From positions 21,080,001 through 21,144,000 of the forward strand of contig JBHGNT010000001.1 of NCBI GenBank assembly GCA_043228905.1: DNA of 64,000 bases. Direction: 5' to 3'. A program made the position numbers and the translations under genes. The DNA is from Azolla caroliniana. Lineage: Eukaryota > Plantae > Polypodiophyta. Shown here in pieces: positions 38,801 through 49,359 of this stretch; position 1 is the stretch's first letter, and each line of letters opens with the position of its first letter. A model generated the notes under the pieces. It was given only the letters and a program-made list of their open reading frames with translations, did no database searches and was not told where the DNA came from.

Positions 38801-40467
38801 TGCAAGGAACCGAAAAGGTGGTTCACGCGCAAAGAGAAGGGGAAGAAGAAGATGATGGAATATGACACTGGAATACACAAATGCGGCAAGGAACACACAT
38901 TGGCGTGTCACTATGGAGGAAGAGATGCGGGCACTTGATGCCAACGACACATGGGACCTGGTTGACCGACCCCGACATTACAAACCGATCGGTTGCAAGT
39001 GGGCGTACAAGGTAAAGTATAATACTGACGGTTCGGTCAACTGATACAAGGGCCGATTATTGGCCAAAGGATATGCGAAAACCCACGGAATCGACTATGA
39101 CGAGACCTTCGCTCCGGTAGTGAAGATGAGGACGGTTCATGTGGTGCTAGCGGTTGCGGCGGCAAGGGTGTGACATCTTCACCAAATGGACATGAAGAAT
39201 GCATTTCTTCAAGGCGATCTTGAAGAACATGTCTACATGATCCAATCCCCTGGATTTCAGTCGGAGATGAACAAGTTAGCAATGTGCTGACTCAAGAAGT
39301 CGCTTTATGGCCTAAAGGAATCCCCCCATGCTTGGAATTCGAAGATCACGCACCGATTGCATAAGATGGGGTTTGTGGCCTTGAAGTCAGATTCTTCACT
39401 ATTCATGCGGAATGGTCCGAACAATCCGGTATGTATCCTATTATACGTAGAAGTCAGATTCTTCATTGTTCATCCGAACTAGTCCGAACGGTCTGGTATG
39501 TATCCTGTTATACGTAGATGATCTAGTCATCACATGGCCCAGACTTGCTGAAATCGGCCGACTGAAGTCCCAAATGTGTGATGCATTCAAAATGAAGGAC
39601 CTGGGGGACCTTCATTACTTCCTCGAGATCGAAGTGATCCACACCCTCGAGGGGATATTGCTCTCACAATGACATTATGTGTTGAATATGATGTACAAGT
39701 TCGGCATGATGGATTGCCGACCAGTCTCCACACCCTTGGACCAGAACCTAAAGCTTCGTCCCGACTCCGAACTGGCTTGCGATGAGAAACGGTTCAAACA
39801 AATTGTTGGAAACCTTATTTATTTGGCAGTCACCCGGACAAACATTAGCTATCTAGTCGAAGGGATAAGTTAGTTCATGCAGAAGCGGACTATGGAGCAC
39901 CTTTAGTGCGTGCACCGAATACTGAGGTATATTAGCGGCACTAAGGATTGGGGACTGTTATACCAACGTGGTTGAACCGAGAAGCTCATCGGATATACCT
40001 GTTACCCAGACCCGGACAGTCAGTTTTACCGAACAAGTGGGAAAGCGTCGAAAACGGAGTCGGTTCGGATCGACTGTTCGGATCAATGACTCAGCAGTAA
40101 ACGAAGAGAACTAAGTTAGTTAGATAATTTTGTAATTCTTGATAGTAAGTAGGAATAGTTCTTGATGAGAAAAGACCTTCGGTATACCTATAAAAGGGAA
40201 CCGAAGGCATTGTAAGAAAGGTCGTTTTATTTAGTAATATAAGCTTAAGTTAGGAATATCCTGTACGGATTCTGTGTTCTTCCTATTGTCTATATTGTTA
40301 AGTGCAAGCTTCCTAATTTATAACTAAGTAACGATCACGGTAATTACCGATTAATATAGTATAATTCCGTTCGTAAAACACAATTCCTTGTTAGAACGTT
40401 GAGTAGCGACGTTCACTCTTCTGTATCGGTAGTAGTTAGTAATTAGCCGATTAACACAGAAGAATTT

Positions 40468-40521
40468 TGGCACGCCCAGTGGGACTCGAACCCACAATCC
40501 CTTGATTAGAAGTCAAATGCC
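40468..40521 (-). other. 54-nt copy of mature tRNA-Arg(UCU) positions ~23-76 incl. CCA (extended PBS; antisense in element RNA)
   Basis: Reverse complement GGC A TTTGA CTTCTAA TCAAG GGATT GTGGG TTCGAGT CCCAC TGGGCGT G CCA: anticodon arm (TCT), variable loop, T arm, acceptor strand, CCA. Confidence 0.93.
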
Positions 40522-42985
40522 GATTCCTGTGTCTGAAGAACTGCGATTGTGGCTTCATGAGAGAAACTTACAAGGTTTCATCAAAGTAGCAGAAGCGGAA
40601 CCTCATCCGCAGGCGGAAGAATTGGTACAACAAATAGACATCACCAAAATCACCACAAAGAAAATACGAAATGCATTACAGATGCCAAGAGGAGGCTTTG
40701 AGGCAGTTAAAAAACCTTCATCAGAAGCACTCCAATCGTATTTCGGGGAATACTCACCCTCGGCAAAAGCATATCAGACTTATGGAGGTCGGGATGAGTT
40801 TTTCCATGAAGTGGCTAGATTTTTATTAGAGGTGGGATTTGTCAGTCCTCGTTTTTATTGTATGCCGAAAAAAAGGGCTGGGTTTATCATAGCCGCATAC
40901 GAAAAAGAGGATTTCAACTGGCCACTATTGTCGGGGGAAGCTCTGAGAGAGCAGCTACAAGGGGTAAAAACAGGAAAACCGATGAAGCAAATTTTTGGTC
41001 GTTGGTTATCGGTATTGTTTCCGATTCAAGAATCGGAAACTCTTGTTCAGTCAAGAAGACCACCGATAGTACAAGCACCGCGAAGACACCGACAGGTAGT
41101 ACATGAAGAATGGATAGAGGAAGAATCGGCACATGCCGATAATATACAAACGAATATGCCTCAGTCGGAACCACCAAGACCAGAGAATTCCGAAAACAGG
41201 CAACCAGCAGCCGAACAAGAAACAGTTGACAATTTGATAAACAAGCAACAGCCGACAGAAAATCGACAACAAGCAGAGAAGATGCGACAAAGGACAAGGA
41301 TTAAACAAAAGGCTAATCGGCAATTCCAACCAGAAAACAGTGAGGGGTCAGCACCGAAAAGGCAACGCACAAAGGAAAATTCGAATACGCCTGTAGTAAC
41401 AGAAGTAATAAAACCAGGGAATGAAAGCGTTTCGACACAACCTCAACAAGGACAATCTTCAAAAGTAGCAATTCGGGAAGCACATGGGTACTTGGATATT
41501 CCACCAGCAGCACATGAATTAGCTGCCATTTTACAGTTTGGAACTTCATACGAACTGGTTGAATGGTTGGCTAAAAGACTGACAGAAGTATCAGAACGGC
41601 TGGCTCAAGAACATAATGACCGAATAATGATATAGAAAGCCTTACGAGGAGTGTTGGAACCTCAAGAAAAAGCAGAGATAGAGAAAATCGGCCGGAAAAG
41701 AAGTGCACAGAATAGAGGGGAGGCTATTGAAATGCCACCATTACATGAAGCACTGGTCGAAATTCATAAAGAATATGAAACGGCACGCAAAGCAGCCAGT
41801 GATATGGCTGAAAGATACAAAAGTGTATCAGCATCGGCGGAGGTGCTGAAACATCAGTTTGGTAACATACAGGCAGAAAATAAAGAACTAAAAGAAAGTC
41901 TAAACAAATGGGAAACACAGGCACGGCTTATGGTGTCGGAGTCAGAATGGCAGCAGAAATTGGAGGACGCTGAGAAAGCACGTCAAGCAGAAACAACAAG
42001 GGCCAACAATGCTGTATTTCGAACTACAGAATTAGAAAAACAAATAGAAACCATTCAGAATGGTCAATACAAAGTTCTCGAAGAAAAAAATCAATTAATA
42101 AACGAATTACAGAAAAATCTAGAAGAAGCTAAGACGGCCAATCATACATATACCGAACAAATTGAAGAATTCGAAAGGTATATAGTGTCACAGGAAAGTC
42201 AATTGACAGAAAAAGAGCGGAGTCTTGAAGAAGTCAACAGAAGAATTACGGAACAGCAGGAGGAATGGAGCAAAGAGAAATCGGCATTCGAACAACAACT
42301 GGACGAAATTCGGAAGATATCGGAACAAAGACGGCTGGACATATATGTAGTCGAATCCAAACTAATGCGAGCTGAAAGTGAGAACCGAACCACTATTACG
42401 GATTTACGGAAAGAGTTGCAAACCGCCCAATACGTCGCAAGCATCACTAGGGACAAAGTGCAGCACATCATAGGGAAACATCGAAACCTAGCAAAGAAAA
42501 TGATCGATGAATCCCTTGCGCAAGGATGGAAGTTATGGACGGCACAAGCGGCGGAATTACAGTTATTGCGTGCCGACAAAAATAACCGTCAGGTCCAAGG
42601 TGCAGGTTTTTTTAAAATGGCACAAAAGGATATTGACAATATCCAAGAGGATATCATGAAAGATATGGACGAAATTGCGGCATTTTATAGAGAAGAAATT
42701 CAACGTATTATGCAAGAATTCAACAAAAATGATATAGGCACTTCCGTCCAGTTGGATAAAATCGAAGCCGAAAGAACCAGCAAGACTCCTGGTCTTCAAG
42801 CTCCCGGAAGAAGTGAACCAGAGCAGCCAACCGAATCACAACATTCAAAACCTGCTCCGAATGACGACTGTGACACAGATGAAGATGAAGATGAAGAGGA
42901 AGATATAGGTGGAATACATCCAAGGCCAGAAGAGCCTTCGATTTTTGATATTCTGAACGATTCGGATGAAGAGCTACAGGAATAG
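40517..42985 (+). CDS. Single ~822-codon frame (ORFs 40502-41635 and 41651-42985 in the same frame, split by one TAG at 41633-41635): transposon accessory-like N domain, NLS-like PKRQRTK, long coiled coil, acidic tail
   Basis: No CCHC, protease, YxDD, DDE or RNase H motifs; N-terminal pattern ITxxKIxxALxMPxG..FIIAA..FNW resembles plant retrotransposon extra-ORF domains; E/K/Q heptad-rich 41700-42700. Confidence 0.75.
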
Positions 42986-43029
42986 GCGTGGGTTCGCTGG
43001 ACAAGGTCCTGGCCCACGGACGTGCCAAG
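42986..43029 (+). other. tRNA-Arg 3'-end-like hairpin occupying the PPT position
   Basis: GCGTGGGTTCG-ctggacaaggtcctgg-CCCACGGACGTGCCA-AG then LTR; compare tRNA GTGGGTTCGAGTCCCACTGGGCGTGCCA. Confidence 0.75.
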
Positions 43030-44832
43030 TGTTACCCGGACCCGGACAGTTAGTTTTACCGAACAAGTGGGAAAGCGTCGAAAACGGAGTCGGTTCGGAT
43101 CGACTGTTCGGATCAATGACTCAGCAGTAAACGAAGAGAACTAAGTTAGTTAGATAATTTTGTAATTCTTGATAGTAAGTAGGAATAGTTCTTGATGAGA
43201 AAAGACCTTCGGTATACCTATAAAAGGGAACCGAAGGCATTGTAAGAAAGGTCGTTTTATTTAGTAATATAAGCTTAAGTTAGGAATATCCTGTACGGAT
43301 TCTGTGTTCTTCCTATTGTCTATATTGTTAAGTGCAAGCTTCCTAATTTATAACTAAGTAACGATCACGGTAATTACCGATTAATATAGTATAATTCCGT
43401 TCGTAAAACACAATTCCTTGTTAGAACGTTGAGTAGCGACGTTCACTCTTCTGTATCGGTAGTAGTTAGTAATTAGCCGATTAACAATACCGATGTCGAC
43501 TAGGCCAGAGATGCGTCGGATCGACGGTCCATTTCCGGATTCATGTTTTCTCTGGGTAGCACGGTTATTGCGTGGAGCAGCAAAAAGCGGCCAACTGTGG
43601 CTCTGTTGAGCATTGAGGCTGAATATCGGGGCGCTATCATTTCCACTTATGAAGCCATTTGGCTTCGGTGGCTGCTGCAAGACCTCTAGATCGAAGTACC
43701 AACTCCAATCCCGATCTACTGTGACAACATGAGTAACATGCAGCTAGCCAAGAACCTTGTGTTCCATGCTTGGACGAAGTACATAGAAGTGCATTACCAT
43801 CTTGTGCATGAGCAGGTCCTCAATGGTGAAGTAGAACTCCGGTATGTTTGGACAGATAGAAAAGTTTCCGACATCTTCATGAAGGCCCTTGAAATCGACA
43901 AGTTGCAACTTTTTTCGGAGATGCTTGGTCTTCAGCATCTCGACATGCTGCACTTGAGGTGGAGAACCGGTATTGATACGGGGAGAACTGGAACGAAAAC
44001 CGGGAAAACAAGGGGAGACAAGAAGAAAAAGGAAGCCGAGTCGACTGAAGAAGTCGGCACATCTGATAAAGTCGAAACAAGCGGTGACGGCGACAGAGTC
44101 AAGAAGGACAGAGCCAACTGGAAGGCTAAGACCCAGACATGGTCCGATGTGGTAAAGGGCCTCAAGATTGAGGACGAATGGGAGACAACCAATTCGGACA
44201 AGAGCTGGAATGAATCGGAATCACCCGGTTTGGAAGAGGCATTTGATTCGAAGGACCCAGATCAACTGAAGGCCAAACAAACAAGGAGAGACAGAAGTCG
44301 ACACCGACACGGAGGAACAAACGGGTCGAGACGTGCCAGAGTCGCAACAACAAGGGAGCTGAGATGGGCCTTTTGAACAGACAGGCCGGCCGAGAAGGTC
44401 GAGATGTGCGAAACCGAACGCGTCGCGGGAAGACGAACCAGAACGGACGAGGATCGTGAGCCAGGCAAGAGGACACCAGGTGGAGCCGGAGGAGAGAACC
44501 GGCTATCACAGACACAAACACTGCGATCCGACCTCAAGTGGAGCTTGAGGGGGAATCTTGAGCGGACAAACTCAACCGGACCCGGATCGGTTGAACAAGC
44601 CAGAGCCGGATCGGAGTCCGGAATGAAGAGCCGGATCGGATTGGAACCGGTAGGCCGTTAGAGGCCTACGAATCTAGCCTAGTATGTAGGCATATTTTTG
44701 GGAGTTAGTGGTAGTCACTTGTATGAGAATTGAAGTACGTGTCCCTCTTTATCCCTCCTTTCCGCCATCTCATCTTCTTATCCCTCCTTCCCTTCATACT
44801 AATCCTCTTATCCTTCCTTTCTCCAATAATAA

Positions 44833-45592
44833 ATGGCAACTTTTAGCGCTCAAGTATATCAATCCGTTTTCTCGGAGCTCTAATGCTTAAAAAAAACGTT
44901 TGTAGCACTAGACCAAAAAAATCAATTGTAGCACTATTTGTTAGGGGATCTTCAACAAATAGCTCTAGAAAAACAACAACATGGGGAGTTGACGTTACAC
45001 GTGCAATAACTCAAAGCAACTGGCGATCATAGTTCGGTACATCTGGCGATTCAAATGCATCCTTCTCGATATCCCACCGATGCATCACGAGTGGGACTAG
45101 TAGGCACGCTACTTAGTGGCACAACTTTGGCATGGTTCGCCCCTTTGTTAGACAAATGATCTCCTTTGTTAAATAATTTTGAGGATTTTATTAGTGAGTT
45201 TAAAGAATGTTTTGGAGATACAGATAGCATTAGGACGGCAATCAATAAAATCCAAAGACTCCGTAAAGGTCATCGTCCAGCCTCAACTTATGCTGCAGAT
45301 TTCCATCTACTCACCACCGATATTCTCTCAGATGACCAAGCATTGATGGAGAAATTTCTCTATGGAATATGTAATCAAGGGTTTACTCTTGACTTTCCTT
45401 GAAGAACCAAAGTTGTTCACTGAAGCAATCCGTCGAGCGGTACGATGACATAACCGGCTTTTAGAACGACGTTCGGAATGTCAATTACAAATGTCAAGGA
45501 CAATATCAGAGCACACCTATGCCTCAGATGTAGTAAAACCTATTTCAAGGGAGTCATATAATGCATCTCCGGCAAATACTCCAACACCAATG
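44833..45592 (+). pseudogene. Chromovirus-type (Tcn1/Tf1-like) gypsy gag remnant
   Basis: HPSRYPTDASRVGLVGTLLSG..AWF; FEDFISEFKECFGD..IQRLRKG..ASTYAADF; ends PTPM; pyrimidine-rich leader upstream. Confidence 0.7.
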
Positions 45593-48500
45593 TGTGAATG
45601 TGAACGTGCGGAAGCGTTAGATAGAACCGGCTCAGCCGGATAGCAACAGAGAACAAAATGAAGGTTTAATGGAGAAGCTAAATACACAGTATATGCGGGA
45701 GTGATAGAGAGAGTAGAACATAAACGTAGATTCAAAGTAACTCTAAAACTCTGTACATACAACGTGCTAAACAACACTATTTATACAAGTCCATAAAGGA
45801 TTGATAGAAGTACTGACAAGTACTTAAATATTCCTACGTGCGACTGACACTAACTACGAGACAATGATTACCTAGTACTCTAGGCTACTACTAGGCTTCC
45901 GGTTCCCGCTCGAATCTAGCTCTCTGATCCGTCTCCCCGATCCGGCTGGTTGTTTTCGGATACCATCCGGATACCGATCCGGCTCAGGCTTATTCAGCCG
46001 ACCCGGATCTGGTTGAGCTTGCTCTCTCAACACTCCCCCTCAAGCTCAACTTCTACCCAGCTCCTTCTGGCATCTCTCCGCCTTGCTCACGCTCCTCATC
46101 CGGTCCAGTCCTATTTGCCACGAGCCTTCTGGTTCTGCGCACCTCGACCTCCTCAGTCGGCTTGTTTGCTCAACAGGCCCATTTTAGCTCCCTCACTGTT
46201 GCAACTCTGGCGCTTGTCGACCCGTCGGTTCCTTCGTGTTGGCGTCACCTTCCGCTGCGTCCGTGTCTGCTTGGCCTTTAGTTGGTCCGGCTTCTCGGAA
46301 TCTTGAATTGAATCGGTTTCCTCTGATTCGTTCCAGCTCTTGTCCGAATCGGTCGCTCTCGATTCGTTCCGACTCTTGTCTGAGTCAGTGTTCTCCAATT
46401 CATCTTTGGGTTTCAGGCCCTTCACCTCATCAGACCATGTCCGGGTCTTGGCCTTCTCCTTCCGGTCGACTCTGTCCATATTGACTCTACCGCTGCTGCC
46501 GCTCGTTCCGACTTGTTCAGATGTGCCGACTCCCTTTGTCGACTCGCCCCCCTTTTTCCTCTAGTCTCTCCATTTGTTGGTTCTTTCTTCCTCTCCGGCT
46601 CCTTGTCTAGTGCCATCCATTCCCTTTCCTGTTCTCCCCCTCAAGTGCGGCACATCGAGATACTGAATACCGAGCACCTCCAAAAAATGCTACAACTTGT
46701 CTGATCCTAGCGGCTTGGTGAAGATGTCGACAACCTGCTGATCTGTTTGAACATACTGAAGCTCAAATTCATTGCTCAGGACCCGCTCGCGAACAAAGCG
46801 AAAATGCAGTTCTATGTGCTTTGAGCATGGAATACAGGGTTCTTGGCGAGCTGTATGTTGTTGATGTTGTCACACTAGATTAGGATCAGGGTCGGTATCT
46901 CGATCCGGAGGTCACGCAATAGTCACTAAAGCCAGATGGCTTCACAGGTGGCATTGGTAGCACCCTGGTACTCAGCCTCAGTACTCAATAGAGCCACTAT
47001 TTGCTGCTTTTTGCTAATCCACGCAACAACCGCGCTACCTAGAGAAAACATGTAACCGGAGGTGGATCGATGATCCGATGCATCACCAGTCCAACCGGTA
47101 TCTGTGTATCCGACTAGCTCTTCAGTTATACCATGCCGGTATAACAGTCCCTGGTACTTCGTGCGGCTAACATACCAAAGTATCCGGTGTGCGCACTAAA
47201 GGTGCTCGACGGTCAGCTTCTGCATGAACTGGTTGATCACTCCGACCGGGTAACTTGTTGGGGACAAGGCCGTCAATGCGGAAGTGCAAGCAACATTCGT
47301 GATGAGGAAGAACCTGTGTATGCATGAGCAAGATAGACACAGAGGGAGAGCGAGAGAGAGAGGCACAAAGGAAACGATATATTCCAAATAGCAATTGTTA
47401 CAAATGACAACCAACCTTCACTAAAGGTTACAAAGTCACTTTATATAGTGACTATCCTAGGGCAACTGCCCTTTATGCTATTTACAGAAATAGCCCGAAC
47501 TTGGGCTGTCCAAAGGGACTGTGTGAATACGGCCATTATACACTCGTATTCGACACTCCCCCGTTATGGGCGTATACATGGGTTATCTTAAAGAATTATA
47601 GGTATATATACAAGGTTTATCAGACAAATCGGTTTTGTTAGAGTCGGCAATATCTGAAGACAGAAGACTGAATCTGTCGGGTCGAAAGAGCTAAAGCCGA
47701 TCCTTAGAGAACCGATGTCGGTGGTCCGAAACCATCCTGTGCTGTGTGTCCGACTTTAACCGAACCGATTTTTCATTATGCCCATCTGGTGCCGAAGGAA
47801 CCGGAAGCGATCCGCCGAAAGACACTTTGTCATTCCATCTACGACATTATCGGTTGTGGATATCTTCTCGAGACTGATTTTCCCTGAAATGACACAGTTC
47901 CGAACGAAGTGATATCGAACGTCGATATGCTTAGAGGTGTTGTGGTGAACCAGATTTTTTGACAAAGCAACAACACCCTGACTGTCGCTGTAGACAACTG
48001 GAGCCGAGTTGGAGTCGACCTGCCGAAACGTGTGCGCTAGTCGACCGAGCCATAAAGCTTCTTTTGCCGCTTCGGACGTAGCTACATATTCCGCTTTGGT
48101 CGTTGAGGTGGTTGTGCACTCCTAAAGTTTTGACTTCCACGAGATTGCTCCATTGCCGAATTTGAAACAGTATCCGGTTGTTGATTTCCGACTGTCCACA
48201 CAGCCGGCGACATCTGAGTCAGTGTAACAGACTACGCCTGAGGTTGAGTTCGGGCCGAAAAGAATGTCATGGTCTTCTGTTCCAGCTAGATATCTGAACA
48301 CATGCTTGACTGCGTTCCAGTGCGATCAGCCAGGGTTGTGCATGAATCTGCTGACGACTCCTACGATGGGAGAAATATCAGGCCGTGTCGCGACCATTGT
48401 GTACATAAGGGAGCCGACTGCTGGTGCATACGGTACCAACTTCATATCTTCCCCTTCCAGACCGGATGTCGAGCAGTCTCGCTGAGACAGCCGAAGGTTA

Positions 48501-49359
48501 ATGGGGAGCGGGGTCGAAGCAGACTTGGCCGAGTGCATGTTGAAGCGTTCCAAGACACGTCCGATGTAGTCGGTTTGAGACAAGAAAAGTTGACGTTTAT
48601 CGCGATGCTGACTAATCTTCATAGCAAGTATGTGTCTTGCCGGATTGAGGTCCTTCATGGCAAACTTCAATCGTAGTTTCCAAACGAGTTCGGTGAGCTC
48701 TCCGGCATGCCGGCCGGAGAGGAGCATGTCGTCCACATAGATGATGAGGAAGATGGGAGACCCGTCTCTATTTTGGTAAAGAGACAATGGTCCTCATTGC
48801 TCTTTGAGAAGCCGACTGATTGGATGAAGTCATCGAACTTCTTGTACCACTATCGGGGTGCATGTTTGAGGCCGTAGAGACTCTTCCTGAGTCGGCAGAC
48901 TAGATGTTCCTGGCCGGATGCCAGAAAGCCTTTCGGCTGCTCCATATAGATTTCCTCCTGTAGGTCACTGTGGAGGAATGTTGTTTTTACATCTAGCTGA
49001 ATCAGCTCCAAGTTGTCGGTGGCCAAGACGCCGAGCATGAAACGAAGGGTCGTCATTTTCACCACTGGTGAAAAGATTTCGTCGAAGTCGACGCCATATT
49101 CTTGTCTAAAGCCCTTTGCAACTAATCTAGCCTTGTACTTTGGGTTGGTCGAGTCAGACGTCTCTTTTAGTCGATAGACCCACTTACATGGAAGAGCACA
49201 TCGATTCTCCGGTAAGTCGACTAAGTCCCAAGTCTTGTTTGCCCGAATGGAGTGCATTTCCGACTCCATCGCCAGATGCCATGTGGTTGAATCGACAGAT
49301 GCTGATGCTTCTTCGTAGGACGCCGGTTCGCCGGCGTCGGTAAAGAAAATTCTGGGAGA

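Larger units (their letters stand above)
40000..43486 (+). mobile_element. Young non-autonomous LTR element lacking recognisable gag/pol, with tRNA-Arg-derived sequence at both internal ends
   Basis: 457-bp LTRs 40000-40456 and 43030-43486 (2 differences seen), TGTTA..TAACA ends, TSD ATACC (39995-39999, 43487-43491), TATAAAAG at 40189 on plus strand. Confidence 0.95.
35869..44743 (+). mobile_element. Degenerate Ty1/copia element F (5' LTR 35869-36303, PBS 36304-36315, truncated 3' LTR 44556-44743); host of the 40000-43486 element
   Basis: TGTTGAGCGGACAAGC..TTTTACA TGGTATCAAAGC; gag 36401; RNase H IGYT|D split by the insertion; PPT GAGGGGGAA. Confidence 0.9.

Noticed and set aside
40468-40521. 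Functional tRNA-Arg gene
   Set aside because: Lacks the 5' acceptor strand and D-loop/A-box, and has encoded CCA; it is a retro-copied fragment at a PBS position
41651-42985. Captured host myosin/SMC gene or viral envelope gene
   Set aside because: Only generic coiled-coil character; no ATPase motifs, signal peptide or transmembrane segment visible
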